Origin: a virus
DNA length: 64,000 nucleotides
Reading direction: 5' to 3' (one strand)
IMG/VR virus record: IMGVR_UViG_3300046787_000129
Span: 1-64,000 of that record
This document shows positions 8,388-16,845 of the stretch, piece after piece. The notes beneath the pieces were generated by a model. That model had not been told where the DNA came from. It made no database searches and worked only from the letters and a program-made list of their open reading frames with translations. The stretch's first letter is position 1. Every line of letters starts with the position of its first letter. The translations under genes and the position numbers were made by a program.

Positions 8388-9395
8388 CTATGCCATAGCG
8401 ACTTGCTGAACAATCTTTAGCAAGCGGTTCTTCTCGGCGTTCACCATTGGGTCAAAGCCTGAAGCACTAGCAAGGATAGACTCGTTAGAGCCACCTCGTC
8501 CGTTACGATACCAGTCAAGACGCTCAGTTAGTCCGTTCAAAGCACCCCAAGCAGTTCCAGCAATCATGCCGTTTTGGTTGCCACGATAGATAGACTGGAT
8601 TAGGTCAATCTTGCCATCATACTTCTTCTGTGAACCCTTAGCGTCCTTGTCTGGGGCAGGGTAGGCAAGAGCAACAATCTCGTCAAACTGACGCTCAGTG
8701 ATAGTCTTTTCAATCATAGCCTGTGCCATCTTGTCAAACTCGTCCATGTATTTGTTAGCCAAGCCAAGAGCCTCACGAGCAACCGCAATCTTACCCTCTG
8801 CGGTCTGGGTGTGGCGAATCTTGAAAGACTGCTTAGGACCTTTTCGGTTAGCACCAAGAGCAAGGTTTAGAGTGTTAGCACATACAACACGAACAGGGGT
8901 AATGCTTGCCTGAATAGCAACAGAGCCATCATGGCTAGTGTTGATTAGCAGATAGGTGTTGATTTTGTCACTAACGCCAGTAGGGTCTAGGACAGTCTCA
9001 CGCTCAAGAGCAAGCGAACCGAATACCTGACGCCCTCCCTTGATAGAGCCAGCAGTCTCCCAGCGTCCTCCGCCATCTAGAATGTTGTCACCAAAGGCGA
9101 ACAAGTCCTCGTTCTGAAGAACCTTGTAACGCTCACCAACAACGCCAAGAATGTCGTTCTCGTCCTTGTTGAATGGGTTAGTTCGGGTAACGAATGAGTA
9201 GGTCTTGTCTGAGTTGAAACCATCAGGGGTAGCAACATCTTCTAGACGAACATTCCAGTTATCTAGGTGTGCCAATGATAGCATTTTCTGAGTAGTGACT
9301 TCTTCGGTAAAGACTGTTCCAAGTCCATGCCATGCTGGCTCTCGCAATGAAGCGAAAGCGGTCTGTCCATCTACTGATTCTAGTTCGTGAGCCAT
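8388..9395 (-). CDS. DUF932 (TIGR03299-like phage/plasmid) protein
   Basis: MAHELE...PAWHGLG...ETAGS..GG...SHDGS.....TPVRVVCANTL...RHT signature. Confidence 0.9.
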   Translation of the reverse strand: MAHELESVDGQTAFASLREPAWHGLGTVFTEEVTTQKMLSLAHLDNWNVRLEDVATPDGFNSDKTYSFVTRTNPFNKDENDILGVVGERYKVLQNEDLFAFGDNILDGGGRWETAGSIKGGRQVFGSLALERETVLDPTGVSDKINTYLLINTSHDGSVAIQASITPVRVVCANTLNLALGANRKGPKQSFKIRHTQTAEGKIAVAREALGLANKYMDEFDKMAQAMIEKTITERQFDEIVALAYPAPDKDAKGSQKKYDGKIDLIQSIYRGNQNGMIAGTAWGALNGLTERLDWYRNGRGGSNESILASASGFDPMVNAEKNRLLKIVQQVAMA

Positions 9396-9550
9396 AAGAG
9401 ACTTCTTTCTTTAGTGGGTTATCTTGATGTATAACTAGATTACCAAAGAAACTAGTGTTTGTCAAGACTATTTAGCAAAATATTTTGGCGTGTCTTAAAG
9501 CTTATCGTAACTTGATCAGGAATAAAGGGGGCAGGGGCCGACCCCAAAAG

Positions 9551-9578
9551 GGAGCAGTTTATCAACTTGCTCAGGTTG
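9551..9578 (-). ncRNA. H-type pseudoknot motif, copy 1
   Basis: CAAC-CUGAGCAA-GUUG-AU-AAAC-UGCUC directly after a stop codon. Confidence 0.55.
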
Positions 9579-9585
9579 TTTGTTA

Positions 9586-10029
9586 CTAGGCTTCGTTACA
9601 GTAGATTGGGTCTGTCGTGTAGTCCAGAATCGTGTGGCTGTAAGAATCAATGCTCACATCAATGTCGCTCTCAATGTCAGCGGTATCAGGACCATCTTCA
9701 CCAAAAGGAACTTCAATGTCAATGTTGATAGTAACATTCAACTCATACGACTTGGTAGTTGTAAGGTCAATCTCTGCCTGCTCTGCGATGTTCTTGATAG
9801 TGTCAATGTCACCGTCAAGTTCATCTGCTACATACTGAAGAACCTTGCGAATCTTTAGTTCATAGTTAGCCTTAGCAGAACGCAACTCAAAGTGCTGTGA
9901 ACGTGCTTCTTCAAGTTGCTTAGTTAGTTTATCAATGTTCTCTTGCTTGGCAATAGCCTCTGACTCTAGTAGAGCGATACGACCTGCGATTGATGGGTGG
10001 TCTAGAACTGACATTTCTTCTTCTTTCAT
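9586..10029 (-). CDS. coiled-coil hypothetical protein
   Basis: 147 aa ORF. Confidence 0.75.
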   Translation of the reverse strand: MKEEEMSVLDHPSIAGRIALLESEAIAKQENIDKLTKQLEEARSQHFELRSAKANYELKIRKVLQYVADELDGDIDTIKNIAEQAEIDLTTTKSYELNVTINIDIEVPFGEDGPDTADIESDIDVSIDSYSHTILDYTTDPIYCNEA

Positions 10030-10187
10030 TAGAGGGCTTTTCTTAGTGCTTCTAGTCTATCAATGACCTCAGACAATAACTCTCGGTAGTCACTTGCTCT
10101 TAGGTCTTTGTTGTATGTTTCGTGGTAGTCCTTATCGAACTCGTCTGACCATTCCCGAAGGATAGCCCTTGCCTTACTCTTCCTCAT
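10029..10187 (-). CDS. small hypothetical protein (52 aa)
   Basis: MRKSKARAILREW...; read by hand. Confidence 0.5.
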   Translation of the reverse strand: MRKSKARAILREWSDEFDKDYHETYNKDLRASDYRELLSEVIDRLEALRKAL

Positions 10188-10353
10188 CTTCATCTTCCTC
10201 AGCGTCTTCCAATTCTGCTACCTCAATAGAATCGACAGCAAAATAGTTTAGATTCTCTTCCCAATCCCAACCCATAGACTCTGCTTCTTCCCTAGAGTCT
10301 GCTTCTACTTCTCCAACATACTCAATGGTAGTTGTTACTTCATACTTTGGCAT
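10174..10353 (-). CDS. small very acidic protein (59 aa)
   Basis: MPKYEVTTTIEYVGEVEADSREEAE...EDEDEEE. Confidence 0.65.
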   Translation of the reverse strand: MPKYEVTTTIEYVGEVEADSREEAESMGWDWEENLNYFAVDSIEVAELEDAEEDEDEEE

Positions 10354-10357
10354 TTAC

Positions 10358-10486
10358 TTATCCTAACATCATCATTTGGTATTGTAGCCAGTCGTCAAAC
10401 TCATACTGGCAGTCTTGGCATAGGGGGTGAACCGAGTCTACAGGGTCATAGTCTAGTGGTTCTTCACATTGGTAGCATTTATTCAT
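10358..10486 (-). CDS. small Zn-finger protein (42 aa), leaderless
   Basis: CYQC...CQDC; ATG 7 nt after -10. Confidence 0.6.
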   Translation of the reverse strand: MNKCYQCEEPLDYDPVDSVHPLCQDCQYEFDDWLQYQMMMLG

Positions 10487-10516
10487 AGTGTCTACTTTAG
10501 CATTACCCTCAGACAT

Positions 10517-10612
10517 TTAGTCCTCCATGTCATAGCAACGTTTACATTCTCCGAACCAAGTATCTGGTATCTGTGTTACCCCACAGGTCTTACACGTTAT
10601 TAGGTTAGACAT
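10517..10612 (-). CDS. small Zn-finger protein (31 aa)
   Basis: CKTC...CKRC. Confidence 0.55.
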   Translation of the reverse strand: MSNLITCKTCGVTQIPDTWFGECKRCYDMED

Positions 10613-10816
10613 TTAGCCCTCTACAATCCTAAACTCATACCCATTATCGCCATCTTGCTTTGCCTCTTCAAACTCTGACTCTTTTGAAAAGTAGAAGAAG
10701 ATGTTATCATCATCCTCGTCTAGAGAGTTCCACTCACCGTCAAGTGAAACGGTAGTTGCGTATTGAACTCCAGGTTCATCGTGCCATTCAATAACGACAT
10801 CCCTATACTCAGCCAT
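10613..10816 (-). CDS. acidic hypothetical protein
   Basis: DDNIFFYF motif; probable start MAEYR. Confidence 0.65.
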   Translation of the reverse strand: MAEYRDVVIEWHDEPGVQYATTVSLDGEWNSLDEDDDNIFFYFSKESEFEEAKQDGDNGYEFRIVEG

Positions 10817-11040
10817 TAGCAATCTCCATTCGAATACAACTCACTTGGCACACCTAAGCGACCTAGGACAACTTCTCTACCTGCGATACTTCCCTCAAGA
10901 TAATCAACAAAACTATCATTGATGTCATACTGTTCCATCTCTAGGCGGTAGGCAACAATCTCAGAGATTAGCAACTCACATAACTCATCTAGGTTGCCAA
11001 TACCGTAGTCTGCGTTTCTGTCTAGAACAATCTTGCTCAT
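10816..11040 (-). CDS. hypothetical protein
   Basis: 74 aa, GAAAGGA RBS. Confidence 0.7.
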   Translation of the reverse strand: MSKIVLDRNADYGIGNLDELCELLISEIVAYRLEMEQYDINDSFVDYLEGSIAGREVVLGRLGVPSELYSNGDC

Positions 11041-11086
11041 TGGATTTCCTTTCGTTATGCTTCTATTGTAGGGGTAGGGTCAGACA

Positions 11087-11296
11087 TTATACATACTCGT
11101 CTAGATACTCTTGGATGTCCTCACCATTTAGGCAAGCAAGGGCAAAGATGATACGCTCTGAATCTGGCAGGGTAGATAGGATGTCCCACTGCTCATCAGT
11201 AAGAGCGTCAGTAGGGAAGATAACAATCTCCTCGTTCTGAGAGTATGAACCATCGTGAGCAACAAAAGCAACATCGTTCTGGTATTCGTATGACAT
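11087..11296 (-). CDS. acidic hypothetical protein
   Basis: Start MSYEYQ after AAGGAG. Confidence 0.7.
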   Translation of the reverse strand: MSYEYQNDVAFVAHDGSYSQNEEIVIFPTDALTDEQWDILSTLPDSERIIFALACLNGEDIQEYLDEYV

Positions 11297-11429
11297 GGGT
11301 TTCTCCTTTGTTTGATTACTATAACTATACAACTACCCTCAGACATTTAAGGGATTTCGTACGGCGTGTCTTAAAGCTTTTGAATAAAGGGTGGCAGGGG
11401 TCGGCCCTTTTTGATCAGCTGTCAAGGTA

Positions 11430-11585
11430 AAAGAAAACCCCCTAGCAGTATGGAGGGATTTCCTCTATTATGTCTAGGGAGTTCTATTTCGCCAAGAGTC
11501 CTTGCGGTTATTCCTGACTTGCTATTTTTATCGTGTTTGCCATCACGCCTGTAAGCCGTTGCCTAGGACACTTACAGGAGGCTTG
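11430..11585 (-). ncRNA. candidate structured RNA ending in a terminator
   Basis: CCUGUAAG/CUUACAGG, CGUG/CACG, CC-GCAA-GG and CCCUAG/CUAGGG stems then U-run; no ORF. Confidence 0.35.
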
Positions 11586-11590
11586 GTTAG

Positions 11591-11622
11591 TGAGCAGTTT
11601 ACCTAGACTTGCTCAGGTCTTA
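11591..11622 (-). ncRNA. H-type pseudoknot motif, copy 2
   Basis: AGAC-CUGAGCAA-GUCU-AGGU-AAAC-UGCUCA after a stop codon. Confidence 0.55.
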
Positions 11623-11632
11623 GTTCATCTTA

Positions 11633-12076
11633 TTAGATTAGGTCAATGACCGAAGAATAAGACGAGGCTGATACTTCCTCTTGGAGAGTCATACGAAGAA
11701 TACGCAGGTTCTTCTCAAGGATTTCCTTGCGAGTAGTGTATTCACGACCAAAGTAGGTCTTGTCGTTTGGCTTTGCTGGCTCAGTTGGTCGCTCTGGGAA
11801 ACCTAGTGCCTGAGAGTCAAAGTCTACTGAGATACCGCCACGGTAGTTAGTAGAGATACGGATAGGAGAGTTGCTATCAGTTCCAAGATTGCTTGGGTCA
11901 CTAATAGCCTCAATAACCTTTGCGGATAGGGAAGCCTCGAAAGCCTTTACCTGTTCCTTGTAAGCCTTGTATTCGTCAGCGTATGAGGCAACAGCGTTGT
12001 CAATCTTTGCGATAGACGCTTCAATGTCTGCGATTAGAGTTGATACTGGGATTTTTACTGAGATAGCACGAGCCAT
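11633..12076 (-). CDS. hypothetical protein (147 aa)
   Basis: Start MARAISV after ACCCA box. Confidence 0.75.
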   Translation of the reverse strand: MARAISVKIPVSTLIADIEASIAKIDNAVASYADEYKAYKEQVKAFEASLSAKVIEAISDPSNLGTDSNSPIRISTNYRGGISVDFDSQALGFPERPTEPAKPNDKTYFGREYTTRKEILEKNLRILRMTLQEEVSASSYSSVIDLI

Positions 12077-12213
12077 TGGGTGACTACTTTCTTTATTGGG
12101 TTTATTTGTTATTACAAGTTTAGCATAGGGGTTATACATTTGTCAAGGGGCAAACAGTTTCTAGATTTGCTTACCCCTCGACAAAGGGATTAGTTTACGC
12201 TTTCCATAGGCGG

Positions 12214-12250
12214 TGAGCAGTTATTTTCACAAAGACATACTCAGGTCTTT
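12214..12250 (-). ncRNA. H-type pseudoknot motif, copy 3
   Basis: AAAGAC-CUGAGUAU-GUCUUU...AAC-UGCUCA after a stop codon. Confidence 0.5.
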
Positions 12251-12267
12251 TCCCAACTGAATGGGTA

Positions 12268-12423
12268 TTAGTTGTCTGCCTTTACAGTAGACCAACGAGG
12301 TGAACCATTTACATCAAGACGAACTCGGAACGAGCCGTTCTGGTTCTTTACAACTTCCTGAATGACACCTGACACGCCAGACTTAGCGGTGGTGAACTGT
12401 GAGCCAACAGTTAGAGCGTTCAT
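12268..12423 (-). CDS. small beta-barrel (SH3/KOW-like) protein, 51 aa
   Basis: MNALTVGSQFTTAKSGVSGVIQEVVKNQNGSFRVRLDVNGSPRWSTVKADN; fold is inferred. Confidence 0.65.
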   Translation of the reverse strand: MNALTVGSQFTTAKSGVSGVIQEVVKNQNGSFRVRLDVNGSPRWSTVKADN

Positions 12424-12781
12424 AGTTTTGCTTCTTTCTTTAGGGGTGATTTGTTTACTTATCTATTATGACACAAGGAGTAGAGAATGTCAAGCACATT
12501 TGATAACTAAATGATAACAACATTTCTTTTTTTATTCTTGGTGTTTAGTTCTCGTTTCCTTGTATTACTATTATGGGGCATAACGGTATGTTTGTCAAGT
12601 TGAAAGTGCCTTTTTTTATTGTGGGTTTTCACAAAGTTTGGGGAAAATCTTTGTCTATCTTAAACTTGACAAAAGCTGATCTTGGGGGTCGGCCCCCTTT
12701 CGGGGGACTTGTCAAGTCACTGATTGATTAGGAAGAATGCTAGAAATAGAATCCCGATGATAGATAGTTCTAGGATAGGCA

Positions 12782-13303
12782 TTACTCTGCAGACCCCCTA
12801 ACAACAATCCAGATTAGCGCCTGCATTGCACGTGGCGTCATTCCATACTTAGTTGCAACGGTAGTTACAGCGTCTGCCATAACCTTATACTGACCTTGGG
12901 TAGGCGTCTTCTTTTCGATACCTAATGCACGTAACATCCATACGTCAATAACTACAGCGTCTTCATTACCTGCAATAGCCTTAGCGAATGCATTAGTCTT
13001 CTGACCCTTTAGCGCTTCGAATCCCTTATCGAATGCAGCGTTAGCCATACGAATGTTATTGCCTAGCGCAACTACAGTCTCACCTAGGCTAAACTTGATA
13101 GCGTTAGTAACGTTACGTGCCCAACGTTCACGTGGGCTGAATGCTGATACGATAGTTGCCCCAACTTCAAGGGTAACGTCAAGGTTACGTGCAACCTCTT
13201 CTGCAACACGCTCTGCGTCAAGATACCATTTCGACGCTTGTTCAACCTGACCGAATGTTGCACGGCTTGCAAGTTCTGAATAAATCTCTACATAGTTAGT
13301 CAT
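12782..13303 (-). CDS. DUF7178-like phage protein (HhH-glycosylase-like fold suspected)
   Basis: WY..A.........A.I.SA.SPR..W..N ... K...F ... VVIDVWM ... QA..W pattern. Confidence 0.65.
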   Translation of the reverse strand: MTNYVEIYSELASRATFGQVEQASKWYLDAERVAEEVARNLDVTLEVGATIVSAFSPRERWARNVTNAIKFSLGETVVALGNNIRMANAAFDKGFEALKGQKTNAFAKAIAGNEDAVVIDVWMLRALGIEKKTPTQGQYKVMADAVTTVATKYGMTPRAMQALIWIVVRGSAE

Positions 13304-13358
13304 TGGGTGACTCTTTCTTTTGGGTTATTGGATTATGAAAATAATACTAACAGACTTA

Positions 13359-13573
13359 TTAGATAAAGTCAAATACATCGCCATCGAATCCGCCAATATC
13401 TAAGTCTGCCATTAGTTCACTAGGCGTGATCTCACCTTCGGCCATCATTGCGAATAGCTCTCTTACGTACTCTTCATCCATTATTTCACCTTCTCAAGAA
13501 TAGCGGCTAGTTGCCTAAGTTGTTCGGGGGTAAGGTTATTGATAACCTCATTATTGATTACATCTTCAAACAT
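13359..13573 (-). CDS. two coupled microproteins (13481-13573, 30 aa; 13359-13481, 40 aa)
   Basis: Read by hand; overlapping stop/start. Confidence 0.5.
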
Positions 13574-13781
13574 TACATGCCCAATCCCCTGCGTCATGGA
13601 AATAGCGTTCAACATCTGACCACGCCGTTTCACCCTTGAAATACTTTGTCTTACCGTCTAACACGGTCTTGTAGTAACCATGAAAGTTACTAGCATACCA
13701 TACCGTTCCATAGTCACTAGAATAAACTTCATCCCATGAACTAACTTCGGATACTTTAGTCTGTCGGGTTACAAACTGCAT
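13566..13781 (-). CDS. hypothetical protein
   Basis: 71 aa, AAGGAG RBS; KYFKGETAWSD. Confidence 0.7.
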   Translation of the reverse strand: MQFVTRQTKVSEVSSWDEVYSSDYGTVWYASNFHGYYKTVLDGKTKYFKGETAWSDVERYFHDAGDWACNV

Positions 13782-13821
13782 TTTGGCTCCTTTAGGTTAT
13801 AGAATAAGGTTAGCAGATTAG

Positions 13822-13992
13822 TTACTCATTGTCAAGGGCTTCACGCAATTTTGTTTGGCGTGTCCCCTTGTATTTCTTGGGGGTAATGACTTTAGCCTTA
13901 CCTTCCTTTAGCATAGACTGAAATAACGCTTGGCTCTCTGCCTTGCGAATAGCCTCGTTTACTTTACCTAATGGCTTCATCTTCTTCTTCAT
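13822..13992 (-). CDS. small basic protein (56 aa), leaderless
   Basis: MKKKMKPLGK...KKYKGTR; ATG 6 nt after -10. Confidence 0.6.
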   Translation of the reverse strand: MKKKMKPLGKVNEAIRKAESQALFQSMLKEGKAKVITPKKYKGTRQTKLREALDNE

Positions 13993-14132
13993 AGTTATAC
14001 ATTACCATTACCCTCAGACATTTAACCAGCTTTCGGGGAAATATTTTATCTATCTTAATTGACTTGACATTTGGTAAGAAAAGGGCCGACCAGATCCAGG
14101 AGCTTTTGTCAAGTCCCCAGTCTGGCGTGTCG

Positions 14133-14297
14133 CTATTCGTTTACGGCTTCAGTGAATCTCTTAGAGTCAAAGCGTGGGTTATCCTTCTTGAATAGTTCAA
14201 TGAACGAGTCTAGCAGATAGCCAGTATCTAGGTTCTCATCATTCTCGAAAGCGTTTAGGATTCTGGCTACCTCTACATAGTCTTTACGGGTCATCAT
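14133..14297 (-). CDS. small phage protein (MTRKDY...DNPRFD..RF type)
   Basis: 54 aa read by hand. Confidence 0.65.
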   Translation of the reverse strand: MMTRKDYVEVARILNAFENDENLDTGYLLDSFIELFKKDNPRFDSKRFTEAVNE

Positions 14298-14299
14298 TA

Positions 14300-14476
14300 T
14301 TAGTTGCCTCGGTTTTCTGCTAGGCGTAGGATAAACTGGGCAGTCTTTAGGTCAACTGCGGCTGACGCATAGCCAACCATTGTGGCTAGGGCTAGGTCAT
14401 TACGGTCACCAAACTCTGCCTTTAGAATAGCAAGAGCCTTGTCCATTAGTTCTAGTGAGTTCTTTTCCATTTTCAT
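14300..14476 (-). CDS. hypothetical protein
   Basis: Probable start MKMEKNS; the upstream extension in the ORF track is promoter sequence. Confidence 0.65.
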   Translation of the reverse strand: MKMEKNSLELMDKALAILKAEFGDRNDLALATMVGYASAAVDLKTAQFILRLAENRGN

Positions 14477-14521
14477 TTCCTGTTCTTTAGATGTTTTTAG
14501 TTTAGCAGTAGGGTCAGACAT

Positions 14522-14641
14522 TTAGCGTCTGAACACCTCTGCCTCTGGGTGGTCTGTTAGAAAATCCGACATGTCTAGGGTGTGGACAGCGGTAACGGCG
14601 GTGGTGCCTAGCACGTTGGTGAAGGTCATTAGAGTGTACAT
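14522..14641 (-). CDS. microprotein (39 aa)
   Basis: GAAAGG RBS, own promoter. Confidence 0.55.
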   Translation of the reverse strand: MYTLMTFTNVLGTTAVTAVHTLDMSDFLTDHPEAEVFRR

Positions 14642-14694
14642 TTTGTACCTTTCGTTTTTGTTTATGTATTTAGATTAGCATGTGGGTCAGACAT

Positions 14695-14844
14695 TTATTC
14701 TTCGTCTAGCAGATACTCTAGGAAATCATAGGCTTCGACAGCCTCGACAATGGTCATTAGACCTTTATAGTCGTTACACTCAGGGCAGACCATAACGCTT
14801 TCTGGGTATAGATTTTCACAGTAGACACAAACGTTCTTGAACAT
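14695..14844 (-). CDS. Zn-ribbon microprotein (49 aa)
   Basis: CVYC...CPEC; GAGGT RBS. Confidence 0.65.
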   Translation of the reverse strand: MFKNVCVYCENLYPESVMVCPECNDYKGLMTIVEAVEAYDFLEYLLDEE

Positions 14845-15002
14845 TTATTACCTCTTTCTTTGTTACTATAAATCTAGCATAGGGGTCAGACATTTAACCC
14901 CCGATCTTTCTAGGAATCTTAGAACGTTATCTTAACGTTACGTAAATAGTTATTAACAGAGTTATCCACAGGGCCGACCACACCCGAAGGTGTTTGTCAA
15001 GT

Positions 15003-15263
15003 CTACTCCTGAAAGAAGCTTGGGGGATTGTCATCCCAGTCTGGCTCAGAGTAGTTAGGGTCGTTCTCGAAACGGAAGAATTCTTCGGTGGTGCAGTTGT
15101 GGTCATCCATGGTTATCTCCATTCGTTAGGGTCAAAGTCGAAAGGGCTATAGGCATCTGAGCCACAGCCACAGCAAGGGCGGTCTTCGCAATCACACATT
15201 TGGGTCTCCTTCTGATAGAAAGTCTTGGATGTCTTCATCTGTAAAATCACCGTATCTAGCCAT
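15003..15263 (-). CDS. three coupled microproteins (15192-15263, 15113-15199 with CEDRPCCGC, 15003-15110)
   Basis: Read by hand; the first is leaderless, the others follow GGAG. Confidence 0.5.
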
Positions 15264-15421
15264 GTGATAAATCTAACACACATGTCAGACATTTACAAAT
15301 CCAACACGCCGCTTTCGGGGATTCTGTGGATCGATCTTAACTAACGTAACTTGACAAAAGTGGGTCCAGGGGCCGACTTTTTTAGCTGATTTGTCAAATC
15401 GACACGCCGATAAAAAGTGGA

Positions 15422-15517
15422 TTATTTTTCTGGGGTAGCGATAGCGGTTTCTAGGGTAACAATTCCAGCAATAGCCTTATCAAACTCTTCCCAAGTGTCA
15501 AAAGTAAGTTCAATCAT
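15422..15517 (-). CDS. microprotein (31 aa)
   Basis: MIELTFDTWEEFDKAIA... Confidence 0.5.
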   Translation of the reverse strand: MIELTFDTWEEFDKAIAGIVTLETAIATPEK

Positions 15518-15520
15518 TCT

Positions 15521-15712
15521 CTAAGCCTTTCCAATGATGTTTTCGTTGTAGTAGCGAACAACCTCGCCAACAGCCTTAGTCCCGTATACTCGGATAACTC
15601 GCTGATACTCGTCAGAGGCTTCTTTTATCTCTCGGTTATCGTTGCCCATTGAAGCAACGTGGTAGTTAGAAACTACCTTGTAAATCTCATCAGTAATCTG
15701 ACCTAGGTTCAT
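15521..15712 (-). CDS. hypothetical protein
   Basis: Probable start MNLGQ. Confidence 0.6.
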   Translation of the reverse strand: MNLGQITDEIYKVVSNYHVASMGNDNREIKEASDEYQRVIRVYGTKAVGEVVRYYNENIIGKA

Positions 15713-15763
15713 TTCATTTCTCATTTCTTTTGTTACTAACAGTCTAGGGGTTGGGTCAGACAA

Positions 15764-15880
15764 TTAGGCTGTTACACCGTATTGTGCTACGCAAGACTCG
15801 CAAGCCTTTTCGTTGTTGTAGAGGTTACCCTCGCAGATTACACAGTGTCCTGTTGCTACATTTACCTTTAGTGAGTTCAT
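15764..15880 (-). CDS. Zn-finger microprotein (38 aa)
   Basis: CVIC...CESC; AAGGAG RBS. Confidence 0.6.
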   Translation of the reverse strand: MNSLKVNVATGHCVICEGNLYNNEKACESCVAQYGVTA

Positions 15881-16456
15881 CTTGAACTCCTTTCTTTTTT
15901 ATTTCTTTTTCTTTATCTATATATATTTAAACATACATTATGCGATTTGTCAAGTCTATTTGGTAACAAACTTATAACGGTTTTTTTAGAGATATCATAC
16001 AAGACTTATCCACAGAGTTATCCACAGGGCCGACCCCTTTCGGGATCGTTTGTCAAGCTGACACGCCGTGTCCTAGAGAAATAAGAAGGCCATCACGAAA
16101 CTTGAAAATGTCTTCTTCGCTTAGGTGCTTTAGAAAAAAGGTGTTGTGGTATTTGCGAATAAATAGAAGGGCACAATCAAGGCAATTGCTACTGCCAAGG
16201 CAACCGCACATTAGTTTCCCCTAGTGCGGTATAGGCTAACAAAAGCGGTAATGGCAAAAGCAACCATTACAATCTGAAGGATAGAGGTTGCTAGGCGTGT
16301 GATGTCCATTAGGGTTACTCGCTTTCTGGGGTAGTGAATAGGTCTGAAGGGTTAGATAGCATTAGGTCAATCTTGAAGATTAGTTCTTCTAGTTCTTGGG
16401 TAGTCATTTTTGTTACCTTTCTTGATTACTTAGATTCTATTACAGGGGTCAGACAA

Positions 16457-16651
16457 TTAGGCGTTCGGGCCATACCAGATACGGACAACCAAAGCGGTAG
16501 CAAAGCCAAAGAACACTAGCCCAGCGATGAACGCTACTGAAGCCATCTCATAGATACCATCTAGACATAGGTCAATAGAGAATGCCATTAGGGTGAAGAA
16601 TACGGTTGAAGCGAATAGGAGGATGAAGTTCTGGATTGAGTAACGAGACAT
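16457..16651 (-). CDS. two-TM membrane protein
   Basis: Two hydrophobic segments. Confidence 0.65.
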   Translation of the reverse strand: MSRYSIQNFILLFASTVFFTLMAFSIDLCLDGIYEMASVAFIAGLVFFGFATALVVRIWYGPNA

Positions 16652-16710
16652 TTTCTGTTCTTTCTTTTAGGTTATGTATTTATCTTAGTATGTGCCTAGG
16701 ACATTGTCAA

Positions 16711-16845
16711 CTAGGATAGGGTCTCAATCATCACGATTGTGTAACCCTGAGCCTCTAGGTTCTTGACTACTGTTTCTTCCATTGAAGCAGGGTAAGCAGC
16801 AGAGGTTAGTGGGCTTGTTGGGTGAGTCATTGTGATTCTTAGCAT
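16711..16845 (-). CDS. microprotein (44 aa), first gene of the leftward region
   Basis: MLRITMTHP...; own promoter 16877-16905. Confidence 0.55.
   Translation of the reverse strand: MLRITMTHPTSPLTSAAYPASMEETVVKNLEAQGYTIVMIETLS

Noticed and set aside
11500-11550. Pistol ribozyme or preQ1 riboswitch (CGUG-loop-CACG-AUAAAAAUAG)
   Set aside because: Only superficial P1 plus A-linker similarity; the required loop pseudoknot partner and conserved loop bases are missing
9551-12250. Hammerhead ribozyme (CUGAG...AAAC)
   Set aside because: Lacks the CUGAUGA/GAAA core and three-stem junction; retained only as a pseudoknot
14477-15763. N-terminal extensions MSDPT... of ORFs 14300..14521 and 15521..15763
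   Set aside because: They are translations of the TGTCTGACCC promoter motif; real starts lie downstream after SD sequences
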